From the NCBI GenBank assembly GCA_003971905.1, contig RSEE01000007.1, positions 496,001-560,000 of the forward strand: a DNA stretch of 64,000 bases, given 5' to 3'. Below are positions 38,713 to 51,491 of the stretch, piece by piece; the first letter of the stretch is position 1, and each line of letters starts with the position of its first letter. Origin of the DNA: Moniliella sp. 'wahieum'. Its lineage: Eukaryota. The position numbers and the translations under genes are program-made. The notes below the pieces were generated by a model. It had not been told where the DNA came from. It did no database searches and saw only the letters and a program-made list of their open reading frames with translations.

Positions 38713-39769
38713 TCAGAAAATCACATCCTCGTCCTTGCCCAGCAAGTCCTTTCCGCCTTCCTCGACAGCCGGCTTGGCAGCCTTCTTGTTCTTCTTCTTG
38801 TTCTTCTTTTTCTTGCCCCCCTGCTTCGCCTCCGCCTCAGGTTCCTTCTCAGCCTCAGCTCCGGCGTCCGCATCGCCCGATACCTCGTCCTCATCCTCAT
38901 CCTCATCGGCCCCCGGCCTCCTGAACCTCGCTAGTGGCTGCCGCCGCCGCTTCGATGGGATCGCCCCCGGATTCGATCGCGGCAAACATGGCTGCTTCCT
39001 TCGCTTCCTGCACTGCCTTGAGCTTCTTCATTTCTCCTCCTCTCTCGGCATCACGCTTCTTCTTGCCCTGGACCTTCTTCAAGCGGAAAAAGTCCTCACG
39101 GTCCATCTCGTCCAACTCAGAGATAATATACTGCACGCACAGCCACACATACCACAATCAGTTTTTCGGCCTGGGCAAGAAGGAGGCAAGAGGAGGGGGG
39201 AGGACGGACCTGGATTGTGTTTTCCAACCGGGGGATGATGACATGTTCAATCGCGTTCACACGCCGGTTCGTCATCCGGATCACCTCGTCCAAGATAACA
39301 AAGGCAGTTTGAAGCGAGGCAAGTTCGACCAGAGCCGTGAGGGCCTTTGCATACACTTCCCGTGCCTTCTGTACCTGCTGTCCACCACGTGCGAGACCCG
39401 TCAGGGCAAACTCTTGTCCAGCGCCCTGCGGCGGAGGCACCGCCTCAAACGCCGGCAACAGCACGCCCGACACATTTCCTGCTTTGCCTGCACCCGGAAC
39501 GACGCAGCGCGCACCGACTGCTGCACACCATACCCGATATCACCTGTGCTGTATTGCACCTCGGCCAGACTAAATGCGGCGGCCTGCATGACCCGCCCCA
39601 TGCGACGCTTCGCCTCGTCAATCTTGCCAGTGATGGTGCGGAAACGCTTGCTGAGCGCATCCGCCTTGCGCTTCAGCAAGCTGTGGCCCGTCTGCGCGCC
39701 CTTCAGACGCCCCTTGGTCGTGTTGAGACTCATGCGCGTGGGGAAAACAGACTCGCGCGCGCCCGACAT
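38713..39769 (-). CDS. VMA8: V-type ATPase V1 subunit D
   Basis: MSGARESVFPTRMSL..KGRLKGAQTGHSLLKRKADAL; LVELASLQTAFVILDEVIRMTNRRVNAIEHVIIPRLENTI; YIISELDEMDREDFFRLKKVQ; ends KDEDVIF; intron 39131-39209 (GTCCGT..CTGAT..CAG). Confidence 0.96.
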
Positions 39770-41232
39770 GGTGCCGAGTGTGTGGGGGGGCAGCAAACGT
39801 GGTGGAGCCAGCGCAAGCGTCCGACTGGCCTGCTACGCTCTTGGGCGTCGCCGCTCGGCGCTCCTGGCCGGGGTGGGCAGCGCGGCGGGGGCGGGCACGG
39901 CTTATGTCAGCCAAAGTTCACACCCAGGCGGGCGACAACATGCACCGAACCAGCAGCAAGCAGCGAGCGGTGAGCCTCACCGGTCGCCCCCCGCTGGTGG
40001 CCGCACAGGAGTGCGTCAGCCATAAGGCTTAAGACCTACTTGTGCACACATGCAGCGCATCGATGGTCCAGGTCACATGACCTCACAGTTCCCAGCCAAC
40101 CAGGCGCTACACCACAACACAAGAATATAATCCTGCCCGTCTCATCATATGCTGTTGCTATTAGTGTGTGCCTTTTTGCCCGGCCCACCTCTCCCCGGCT
40201 TATTTTATTGGCTCTTTTGCTCCTCTCTTCCCCTGGACGTAAACTCCTGGTTGGAACTGGTTGGAAAACAGATCCACTTGATCAACTCTGTTTGGTCTTT
40301 TTTCACTTAGCGCGATTTCAGCAATAGTACTGGAACTGCCCCACACCCTCTCCTTGCGCGCGCAGTGCGTCCACCCCAGCACACAGTACACGCACGTGCC
40401 CCACAACACATCTCCACACTGGTTGCGACAGACTGATGTGGCAAATTCTCTAAAGTATGCATGAGACTATTTTGTATCATTGCTTCATCCGGATGTCAAA
40501 TGTGTCCATGCATCCTCCAACCAAACCCATCCACAGGCCAGCGAAGAGGGAAGGAAAAGGAAATGACTATGAATGGAAGCATGCGCCACCAAAAAGGGTG
40601 TATCCGTCAAACCCTAAGCCCTCCTCCGCAACAGATTGCGCCAAGAAAAGGAACCAGAGATCAAATGTCCAACAGAACTGACAGGAGACGGAGATGGAGG
40701 AAAGGACGATGAGGATCATGTTCATTGGGGGAAAGAAGGCGAGGTGTATGTACCTCGGAGAAGAAGAGAACATGCGAGCTAAGTGATACAAAGAAAGGGG
40801 AGCATAGTAGACAAAGAGGAAAGAGGGTCTAGAACAAATCAGGGTCCAACCAATCTGGTGACTGTGCGACCTCTGAGCCCGACAAAAACCTACCCAGCAA
40901 CAAGGTCTTTCAGATGCAATTGTTCTTCTGGCAGGGAAAATGCAAAAAGCCTACTTTGCTATACCGCCTCATCTCTATTACGAGATAAGGGGGAAGAGAC
41001 GAAAGAAGAGAGGCTGAAAGCAGTATGTGTAAAGGAAAGGATGGAGAGAAAAGCAGAAAGGAAACACGGCCATCATAAGATACTTTGGCGATACCTAATT
41101 GGGGGAAGAGGGAGAGAAGGAGAAGGAGAAGGAGAAGGAGGTAGGGAAATACGGACGCCAGAGGTAAAAAAAGAATGGAGGGAGAGGAGATGGGAAAAGA
41201 AGAAGAGCTCATATTTCAACAGGTCACCAAGG

Positions 41233-43355
41233 TCACCACGGACCCATAACAGCCGTGGCCATCAAGGCCCCCAGCCCGGCAGACCATCCGGGAAGCAACC
41301 CCCAAACGGAAGAGGAAGAGGAAGCGTGACTGCTTCCTCCGCTCGAGGGACGGCTGCTGGCAGAAGTAATTCCTCCTGCGCCTGAGGCCGATCCAGATGG
41401 CGAGGCGGAGGGGGAAGTGGAGGAAGCATTCAGAGGCGTGCCCGAAGGATAGCTCAAGCCCTTGCGCTTGTACTTGATGATGTCCGACGCGACTTCCCCC
41501 AGCCCATAAGTAAGAGTCATAAGGTGCATCGACATGCTCAGCGGCGGCACAGAGGCATCGGCAACGCGAAGGTTGGAGGTACCGTAGACGATAAGGTCTT
41601 CACTCCACCCACTCTACCCAGCCAGGCAACATCGAGCAGGTCGAAGATGGGTGGAATTCCGTGCCTCCATTTTGGGCAATGTACGTGTCCCATTCATCGT
41701 CCGACTGGACCGAGCTTCCGGGTGTGGTCTCTGAACCCAGCATCGCCTTGAGGGGGGCAGTGTTGCCAATGGTGCGCGCCACTTGGAAGCCAGAGCGAAG
41801 GATGAGCTGGTCCAGGCCCGAGGGGTCCGAAAGGTAGCCAGCATCAATGTTGGGCGAGTCAAACGGATTGTTGGACCCAATGAGTACACTTCCCCGAGAA
41901 ACAGGGTGCTGGAGCGCAACTTGCAGTTGGATGGCACCAAAAGAATTGGCCAGCAGCACTTCGATGGGCCCCACCGTAGGGAAAAGGTCTACTAGTTTGT
42001 TCAGGACTGCTTTGTATCCTTGTTGAACCGTTGCAGGCGCGTCATATCCCGACACAGCACGATTAATCTCCTTGCTGAGGGTGGAGGTGAAGTTGCTGGC
42101 GCCTGACCCGAGCAAAGTAGCCAAGGGCAAGTATGCAGTAGCGCTATTGACGTACGAATCGACCAAAGCATTGCCCGTCAAGGTTGAGGGGGGCACATTC
42201 ACTCCACTTGCGGGGCTGTAGGCAATGTCGGTGGAGATATGGTCTTGCAGGTTGTAGCCTACACCGGGGGGTAATTTTTTGGGCTACGCCGGCGGCACTA
42301 AGAACAGTCTTGTTGCCCACGCCGCTAAGCTGAAGCAGCTGTGGGCTGCCGATCGATCCGGCCGACAAAATCACCTCCCTTGTCGCATTGGTCGTGTAGC
42401 TCGTCTGCCCATCCCCAGAAGCGTAGGTAACGCCCGTTGCCACAGCCGATGAGGCGTTGGAAAGGTCAAAGTTGATGTTCGTCACCTGGTATCCTACTAG
42501 GACATGGAGATTGGGGCGGGCACCCAGCACAGGATCGAGGTACCCTGTACGAGAGAATGAGCGGGTCCAGTTGGACGGGTTGATCTCTGACGTAGAGATA
42601 AATGGCCCAGTGTTGTTTCCCGAATACGCATCCGGGTTGAGGGACCCCATGTTGTTCACGGCCTGGACGTAAGCACCAACATCTGCGTATTCCTGCCCAG
42701 GCCAAGTCACATGGATGGGCCCGTTCGTGCCACGGGCGCTAGCGTTAAACTGCATTACGTTGGCGCCTTGACCCGCTTGCGAATTGAGGAGAGTGGTGAC
42801 GTTGGACTTTGGCGGGCTGAACGACTCGCTCTTCTGCATCGCAGCAAAAAGGTTGTCCCACCCCCACTTGCTCTGGGCAGTGGTGGTGTTGACCAAGTCG
42901 GCCCAAGTGTTGACCTCGACCGCATTAGGCCGAATCATGTACAGCCCATTGATGGCAGAGGAACCACCGAGCACTTTGCCGCGCGGCCAGGTGGCTTGAC
43001 GTCCATTGAGCCCGGGCTGGGAGGTGGTCTTGTATTGCCAATCGAGATCAGTGCCCACAGACGAACCGTACAGGTTGGCAGCAGGCGTAGTCAAGTTGGC
43101 ATCGTTTTCGCCCGAAGGGCCGGCCTCAATGACCGCGACCTGGACATTGGCATCTTCGGACAGGCGGGAGGCAACCACCAGCCCGGCCAGACCACCGCCA
43201 ACAACGACATAGTCGACCTCACGAACAAAGTGTGCGCCCTGGGTGGTGATGGTGCCGTTGGAGGATGCGGCTTGGGGGGAAGGGGCAGCCAGGGCGCCTC
43301 CAGCGGTGGCCACCGCTGCCGCAGCGATGAGCGGCACAGCACAGAAGGTGCGCAT
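41233..43355 (-). CDS. Secreted GMC oxidoreductase (AA3_2-like, glucose oxidase/aryl-alcohol oxidase group)
   Basis: Signal-peptide-like N-terminus; FAD motif DYVVVGGGLAGLVVASRLSE; PRGKVLGGSSAING; EVILSAGSIGSPQLLQLSGVG; TEFHPSSTCSM; second His in SMHLMTLTYGLGE; Ser-rich linker and hydrophobic C-terminus. Confidence 0.93.
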
Positions 43356-43402
43356 GGCAGGGAGGAGGAGGGGGACATTGCCCCATCTGTGGGGGACGAG
43401 TG

Positions 43403-43477
43403 TGCCGATGTGGCGGTAGTATGCCGATTGTGGCGGTAGTATGCCGATTGTGGCGGTAAGGTGCCGATTGTGGCGGT
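43403..43477. repeat. 20-bp tandem repeat, about 4 copies, in the probable 5' UTR of the GMC gene
   Basis: tgccgattgtggcggtagta units read directly, between the TATA-like box and the ATG. Confidence 0.85.
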
Positions 43478-43682
43478 GGTGTTGTTGGGCGGGAGGACGG
43501 GTGTGTCTTGTGGGCTTGGCGGCTTAGCTTGGGCTTGTAGGCTTGGGGGTGGGCTTGCTTGAAGAGCGCTCCCCTTCCGGGGGGATCAGATTGTAGCTCT
43601 GTTGGCCTAGGGAGCCGGACGGGCAGAAGGATGAGGAGAAGGTGATGGATTGGAGCCAGAGTTGGGTCTGGGTACAGAGGCA

Positions 43683-43690
43683 TCTATATA
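43683..43690 (-). promoter_or_regulatory. Candidate TATA box of the GMC gene
   Basis: TATATAGA on the minus strand about 330 bp upstream of the ATG, in GC-rich context. Confidence 0.45.
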
Positions 43691-44139
43691 GGAGGCTGGA
43701 CTAGGCACAGGGACAGTGAGTCACACAGGAGAGAGTGCAGGGCACAGGGACAGTGACACGCAGGGACGTCAGCGTGGAAGCCGATGGAACCGAGGCGAAC
43801 CTGGTCTACCGACTGGGAGCCAGAGGATCACAGTCGGGAGATGGATGAGAGAAGCGGAAGCGAGGGGGGGTGGTGCGGGTGGATACAAAAGGGGGATGTC
43901 AACGCGGGTTGAAACAGGGGTGGCGACGTGTGGGTGGCGGCGATATATGTAGAGACGCCCTGCGCGCTGCACCGCACCCGGCACCAGCGAACACAGACCC
44001 AGCCGAGCGAGCTGGTGGATGATGCGCGATGCGTGATGTTTCGGTTACATACAGACAACAGGCTCGCCGACAGCCCAGGGAAGGCGGAGCAATCTGCAAG
44101 CTCGGCGCCGCGCCGCTCTGCCCGCCGACCGCTGAGTTC

Positions 44140-45200
44140 TGGTTGAGCGTTGATGTGCGTGACGCGTTGACGCTTCCTGCTTTGAGCGCTTAGCAAGCGC
44201 TTAGCGCTGGAGCGGCCCCCTGCGGCCCCACTGCGGCTCTCGCCGGGTGCAGCGCTGGGGCAGCAGCGCTGCAGGGCTGCAGCTCGACCCTTGCCGATCC
44301 GTAGCGATCAGCTGCATGCACCAGCGGAAGCGACGCGGGCACACTGCCCCCCGGCTCCGTCGCAGGTGCTCCGGGCTCGTCACTGGCTCGCCCGGACTCG
44401 CCCCCCCGCGTGTGTCCGCCACCCCGCACGAGGCGCGCCAGCTGCGGCCTGCAGGCAGTAGTCAGCCGGTCAGACGGAGGCCTATAGTATATAGGGGCAC
44501 ACCGCCAGTGCTGGAGAATGCCGCCACCGGCGGTTAAGCGGCTAAACGCCCAGGCTGAGCGCTCTGGGCTTCCGAGCGCTCAGCCCCTCCGTGCCAGCAG
44601 TGCCCCAGTGCCCGCGCCATGACATTTAATTATGGCATTGCGACTGCGAAAGTACACCTCCTACACCGCCACCCTACAGGCTACCGACCATTCCCGCCTA
44701 CCTGTCCCCTCCGGCCGCTGGGGAGGCTCTGCTTTGATTTATTACCTTGCCAGGGCCCACCGACAAACTTTTGCGCACCGCCAAATCCCATCTGTCCCCC
44801 TCTTCCGGTTGCAAGCTTCTTCTCATCGATCTTCGATAATCTGATCTTTTCAAGCTTCAGCTTCATCCATGACATCGAGGAGCAGAGGAAACGAACGCAT
44901 CACCGGCCCGAGGCCCCCGGTTCTCGCTCAGCGCTCAGCCGATGAGCCTCATCGCTCAGGCACTCAGGCCTCAGGCTGAATTCGCTCATCTGCTCATCGA
45001 TCCCGATCTCACATATTTCTTCGTTCTCATCGATCACCTCTTCGCGTTTGCAGCAGCAGCAGTTGTGCCCACTATCATATGCAGCCGCATGTGTGAGACC
45101 GAGGACAAGTAATGAATGATTAATGATTTGGCCTCCGTGGAGGCAGACCTTCGAATAGGCCGGTGGATGACATGTTGAACGTGTTGAACGTTGTGACACA
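44140..45200. repeat. TSA+palindrome arrays upstream of the GMC gene
   Basis: tgagcgcttagcaagcgcttagcgctgg near 44183; tcagcgctca 44928; tcaggcctca near 44964; tcatcgatca near 45027; tgattaatga near 45117; ttgaacgtgttgaacgtt near 45175. Confidence 0.75.
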
Positions 45201-46039
45201 TTGACTTCGGTGGATATGTTGCCGCCCCAAACAGATTCTACAGTCCCTCAAGCCATGGGGTGTGCAAAACGCATCTGGTGGAAACAAGACGCGACGCAGC
45301 GTGGGAGGAAGGCCGGCACATGAATTGCCGGTGAACTATAGTGACAGGGCCACAGGAACTTGCCGAGGATTGGGAAGAGGGGGGGACCACACCTTAGGGA
45401 TTCGGGCCGAGGCAATAATTGCCACGGAAAGGGGGTACTTTTGAGGAAACCGCAAAACTCCGGGGAACACCGGCGGGAGAAGGAGTTGCTCGGACTGTTT
45501 TGGAGCAAGCGGAATGTGACAAGAACGCTAAGTACTTCAGGAGCTGCTCTTCCCTTGATTATGACGACGGCGGGTATTATCGTGCCACCAAAAGACGGCC
45601 AGTAAGATGTTTGGGCATTGGCAAAATGCCTCTCTGCGGAGTCTCATTGGATATTATTCATCGCTTCTCCTCGTCTACCACACGTTCGTATCCTCTCGCG
45701 CTACATTCGGTTTGGATGCGAATGGTGGGAACCAGAGGGTTCCGATCTGCCGCGGTGACTCCGCTGGCTTCTTCATTGAGTTGGCACGAATTAGCAGCAG
45801 GCGCCGAATGAGCGAGCCTGGCATGCGAAGTGCTTCTCTACAGAAAAAAGTGGGAGCAGTGTTGATTCTGTAGACATCAGATACTATCGATATGCCATCT
45901 AATAAACTGATCCACTGCCTTCTTAAAATGCAACAGCATGCTGGCAGAAATAAAGGCATACTATCCTCATAGAGAACCGAATTCTCGCATAGTAGGCATA
46001 GTAGGCAAGCCCCCCATGTCAGACACAGTGGCTTGGCAT

Positions 46040-46992
46040 ATCAGGGAACGAGCCTGTGCTCCCCCACACTTCCTTCCCACCTGCTTGGCGCTCACCCTCC
46101 AGTGTCCATAATGATCGTTTCGCCCGGACAAGTCCAACACCGATACTTCGTACGGTGCCAATGCGACGAGAACAAAACTGTCCAACCGTCAGTATCCGCG
46201 CCTTGGCTGCAATACAAGTTTATACGTATGAGATCAGCTTGGTGGACAACTTCTTTTCTTCTTCTGTCGTAGCCTCTGGGGCTTTCTTAGAAAATGAGGG
46301 AAAGGGGTTAACCAAGTGTTTGAGGGCGGCGGGAGTGTCCTTCCCCGGACCGGGCTCATGTGCCTCAAACAGTTCTCTTTCATAGGGGTGGGGCTCGCCC
46401 CCTGTCGGGTTGGCAAAAGAAACCAGTAACCCCGGGGGCATGTTGTCAAACAATCTCTTTCGCTCGAGCTGCCAATCAAACGTAGCCTCTCCCTCTGTGG
46501 AAGGCGGCGTAAGCGTTCCATCGAGCAGCGAAGCTTGCGATTGATGAGGCAGCAATTGCACCACACAAGCCAGACGGAACATCAGGTTGCATCATTAAAC
46601 CACCAGCACACCTCGGCATACGCTTTGCCGGTTTTGGTGATCTGCTCGGTGAGCGCCTTGGCCTTGGGCGAGCGCCAATCGGTTGTGGTGACAAGCACAC
46701 TGTTGCCCTCAAACCCGCGTTGAACCAGGCTCACCTTATCTTCCCGTGCTTCGTTGAGAAAGGCACGGTGGACCACGATACGTGCTTTGGGCGTCGGAGG
46801 CGGACCGGCATCAATGGTGGAGAGCGTATAGTAATCTGCCCGCGTATTTCGTTAGCACCCAACCCTGGCGCAGATGAGGAGGCTGGGAAGTAGCTAGGCA
46901 TGCGCATACTCACTGGCAGAGGGACCCTGCACCCGAGTGCTGGCTGCAATCGTCTCTTGGAGCAATGTCTTCCACCCGGGCTGCGACGACAT
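46040..46992 (-). CDS. Pyridoxamine 5'-phosphate oxidase-like FMN-binding split-barrel protein; 3' end approximate
   Basis: MSSQPGWKTLL..; PKARIVVHRAFL; LVTTTDWRSPK; AEVCWWFN; DWQLERKRLFDNMPPGLLVSFANP; FVLVALAPYEVSVLDL, matching the pattern of fungal Alr4036-like PNPOx proteins. Confidence 0.72.
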
Positions 46993-47495
46993 TGGTGGTT
47001 CGAAGCTATCAAAACCGATGTATGATCTGGGGCAGGAAAAGGAGGTCTGTTGGGGCCTCAGCCCGAGGCCTGGGATTTGGCAGGTGTGAGTGTGAGTACA
47101 GTGCACGAGCCATGGCGGTTGCCTTAGGTAATAGCAATCCGAAATTGCAGTTCCTCTTGGCGCTCGGCTTTGTTTTTTTGTTAGACAGTCCTAGCCAACC
47201 TGTTCTGTTTCATGCGCTGATTCGGATCTCAACCGCTTCATCGTCAACGTTTTCATTGTCATCGGCCCTTGGGCCTTGACTCTGGACGCCCAGTCTCGAC
47301 CTTGTATAACAGCAGTAGCTCAAACTTCAAGGGTCTGTCCTGGAAAGATCGGCGTACTGTCCGTGCGTTGCACATGCCATTCCTCCCAGCCCACACAGAT
47401 TTCCCTCAATCCACCTCCTAAACTGCATTTCTTGCATTTTCCTCTGATCGGTCTGACCAGAGGCGAGCGTCAGTTGAGCATGACGGCAAACGTGA

Positions 47496-48228
47496 TTAAG
47501 AAGAGGAGTAGTAGCGGTCACCGAAGTCACCCAAGCCAGGGCGAATGTAGTTTTGGTCGTCCAAGCTCTCGTCGACCCAAGCGGAGATAACCTTGATCTG
47601 GGGGAAGCGCTTGTACACTGCCTGCAATCCTTCGGGGGAAGCCAGCCAGACGTTGAGGAACAGGATCCGGTCAGGACGCACGCCGTGGTCCAGAAGGACT
47701 TGAATGGCCTGCATCGCACTCCCGCCGGTAGCCAGCATGGGGTCGAGCAGCAGCACCCACCGGTCGGCCACATCGTTGGGCAACTTGGCATAAAACAGTT
47801 TAGGCTGTGCTGTCACTTCGTCCCGCTGGATCAAGATCTTGCCAATCCGCACCGAGCGGCAGCATTCCCTCAAGCCAGCCTCCATGGCTTCGCCGGCGCG
47901 AAGGATGGACACCCGCAGATATGACCCTCAAACGCGAGGCCATCGTACTTGCTACCGGTCGGGGTGTGACTTCCAGGGCGTGGGTGGGGAGGTGGTTGAG
48001 GCCCTCCTCGACAATGAGGCGAATGATGCGGTCCGAGTAAAAGATGAAATCAGCGCGGGGCGTATCCTGGTCGCGGATGATGGAGAGCAGCGCCTCTGAA
48101 AGCAAGGGCGGTCAGGCTTGAGATGCACCAAGGGAACAGAAGATGGGAGGGAGTGCGGGGGCATACTCACTCAGCTGCTGGGTGGGGGGAAGGCAAGTGG
48201 CGTTAGGGGGGAGCGCAGGGGAGGACAT
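47496..48228 (-). CDS. FUR1: Uracil phosphoribosyltransferase
   Basis: TPRADFIFYSDRIIRLIVEEGLNHLP; SILRAGEAMEAGLRECCRSVRIGKILIQRDE; PRPP motif VLLLDPMLATGGSA; YIRPGLGDFGDRYY; intron 48096-48170 (GTGAGT..CTGAC..CAG). Confidence 0.96.
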
Positions 48229-48405
48229 GGGTGGGAGTGGCAGGCAGGTGGCAAGGAGGTTGGCGGAAACAGCCCAGGAGAGGGATGGAGGGGAATTCGA
48301 CAAAAGCCCCCGCCTCCTTCCTGCTTCTATAAAACCTGAACAACCGAGGGGCGGAATCAGTGGGGTGGGCTGTGACCTGAAGGTCCTTCCAATATGGCCG
48401 AATGT

Positions 48406-48446
48406 TCAGATCTCAAATCCCAGGTCTCAGATCTGAGTCTCAGACC
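48406..48446. repeat. GATC-core TSA+palindrome array upstream of FUR1
   Basis: tcagatctca 48406; tcagatctgagtctcagacc 48427-48446. Confidence 0.7.
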
Positions 48447-49331
48447 TCTCGGCGCAAGTGCTGTGCCCTGTCGGCAGAGGCCACCGCTGGAGCATCCTCG
48501 TCTGCACCCGCGTCCAATCCAAGTATGGGGGGCGCATCATGAAGCAATCCCACACCGGCCCTTACACTGACACGTACCATTCAAGGCATGCACCTTCAAG
48601 ATATTTATCCAGTGTGGTGGAAGAGGAGTGCGGGGAGGGTCTTGCGGGCTGTGGCAGCACGACTAGGTCTTCGCATATAGGCACGGTACGCGGTACAGTT
48701 GAACTGATCGGCAATGGCGAAGGAATTGCCCCCTCTTTTTTACAGTGCTCTTAGCGGCGCTATCGTCAAACCCTGCGGATCAGAGCGAGCGTAGTGGATG
48801 TTTATATATTATGTCTTCTCTGCCGAGTTCAACGTTCATAGTAGAACTAATAGCGAGAAACTTAAACCTACTGCGCTCTCGCCACCTTGGTCTGTCGGAA
48901 GTTCGCGCACATCCATCCAATCAAGATGCCATCAAAAGGGCCTATAACGAGCGGATCAGAAAGGTCAAGTCCTCCATTCCATTCGAAGAACCGAATGAAG
49001 CGTGGGTGGATGGGGGTATGAGCGTGTGGCGAACATGTGTGCAATGACTATCATTTTCAATGAATAACCGGAACTATGTTACGTCAACGAAAGACGCAAA
49101 TTCCACTCCACAGCATGTACACCCATATTAATGAAGGGGTGATATACGAGGGTAGATGTAGCTATATTGCAAATGCGAAGCTTGAAGAGCGATCCACATG
49201 AGAACAAAGTGAACGATGCAGAACAGATATATCATCATCGAATGTGTATGTGGTATGGGGGGGAGTCCCGAAGGCATCCTTCGACTCTACCCGACAGTAA
49301 AGTACCAACAGCATCTGATGGTAAGGCGGCG

Positions 49332-51491
49332 TCAGATGGTAAACGTGTGGTTCATCAGGCCTTCAATAAAGTGGGAACAAGCCAAGTGGGGCTTTTGGCC
49401 ATGCTGCACCACAAGCTGGTCGCGAAGGTGGGTGAGCACGTGATAATACGTCGGGGAAGGGTTCTTCTGGAGAAGTTGAAGGAAGGAAGTGGTGAGCGCT
49501 CCCAAGCTTGCTTTCGGGGCCCCGACGGCCCTTGATCTGGCTGTCGAGCTTACTTCCAGAGAGGACGATCTGTGCCATATCATGATCATTTTGGGAGGTT
49601 CGTGTGTGAGCCAAAATAAAGAACATGGAAGAGAGGGATGTCTTGGACGTACCACCATGGCCTTGGACGTTCGGTTGCGTATGAGTTGGTCACGCGACTG
49701 TTGAACACTTGCTTGGGGCAAAATTTTCAACATATCTCGGGCAACACTGTCCATATCGTTGTTCTCGAAAGCGCGGAGTACCTTGGCCCACCGTTCATCC
49801 TCCCACCATTCAATCATTTTCGATTCCTTGAGGTTGCCCATGCCATTGTATACCCATGGCAAGGCCAGCATGTTTCTCCCTTGGCAACAATCAACACGGT
49901 AACCAACTTGGATTGAGCAGGCAACGGTGCCACCAGATGATGGTAGAGGTCTTCATCAGTGATGATTCCTTGCGTCGCATAATCAGCCGGTATAACACTC
50001 CGGTGTTTCATCCGCCCCCCCTCTGTCTTATGGGAAGGATGAAGATGGGTGCCGTGACCGCAATAGTAGAAAGAACGAATCGCCCGGCTGGGCGTCGCGT
50101 ACGAGCCAGTTCATCGCCGCCTCCATATTAGCCCGAGTGGGCTGGCTACGCAGGGACAGGTTGGGATCGTCCTTAAACACGACCACATTTTCGGGTTTGT
50201 ACCGCTCCGAATCGGGACTCTGCCACATGATCCAACGCAGCATTTCATCCACCTTGTTCCACGGCCCGTTCAGACCCAGTTTAGAATGGCCACATAGCTG
50301 ATCCCAATCAATAGGGCTCGCCGACGCGTATAACGAAGAAAGCCATGCGCTGAAGCAGAAGGGGCAGACGTGAATGAAGGCTGGGCCGAGCTATCCTCGT
50401 GCTGCTGCGTCTGACGTGGCATGAGGGTAGGTGAGAAGACAGTGGCTGTGGTGGGTACATCTGACGCATAGGTTCGGCCTTTGCGGAGGGCTTTCTCGGA
50501 ATTGGAGGCGCCGGATGGGAACCGTGGGTGCCAGGCTGAAGCTGAGGCTGACGTTGATACTGGAGCTGGGGTTGGAGTTGTGACACATGTGGTTTGGGTG
50601 GAACTTGCGGTACGGATTGAACTTGGGACCGGGGCTGCATCTGGGCTTGAGTTGGTTCGTGAAGCTGGACCTGGGACTCAGATCGCTTAGCGATAGGGTC
50701 AAATGTAGACGGTGTAAAACGGACTGTTTTGGACGGGCGGGTGCTGTCTTCATTCCTGTAACAAAAGGAAGAGAGATGAGAATGTCACAACTCAACAAAT
50801 AAGGAAATATGGAGAAAAGGTAGGGGCGCGGGATACGAACTGGTAAGAAACCGGCGGGTACGCACTGTGAGAACCCGTGGAAGCCTGGCTGAAGGGGTCG
50901 GTCCAGGAACGCACATGGATTGCACTGGGCTTTTGAGTAGGAAAGTGACGGCTTCCATAATCAATGCTGTGAGCCCGAGGACGAGTCGTGGTCAAGCTTC
51001 CTGCTGCCATCGAATGCGTAGCTGATGCAGCTCCTGTCGTGGTGGGACCGTAGTTGACCGGTGTGCTGGGGTATTTATAGTTTGATGTCGGCTGTTGGAG
51101 GGAGTCGGGGTAAGAGCCGGGCATACTGTAGGCTTCTTCGGTGTTGTATGCCTTTTGCTCTGCCGGAAACGTAGTGGGTGGTGTGGAGTGATAGGATGTG
51201 ATGCTCTGGGCGCGGTTCTTGTCCTTGGAATGGGCGCGTTGAAGAGGGAATGAGACGGAGTGTGGTTCGGTACGGGTGACTGTGTGATGAGGCTAGACGA
51301 TAAGAGACGGGGGTGGGCGTAGTCGCCATGATATGATGAGTGGACAAATGTTTGAGTTGTTGACCAAGATTAGAATGGGATGTGGAGTTCGGATCTGCTG
51401 GTGGGAGGCTTCCTCCCCAACCGTGGGATATGTTGATGAGCTCTTTGGACTGCGGCTGTTGATTCGAGTTGGTAGCAGCACTTATGCTCAT
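49332..51491 (-). CDS. Type I metacaspase-like protein with Pro/Gln/Ser-rich N-terminus, divergent; start approximate
   Basis: RALLIGISY; QPTRANMEAAMNWLVRDAQPGDSFF; YYCGHG (catalytic His); IPADYATQGIITDEDLYHHLVAPLP; D-C-C-Q-G (catalytic Cys); GALTTSFL..TYYHVLTHLRDQL..QKPHLACSH; introns near 49570-49652 and 50757-50839. Confidence 0.85.
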
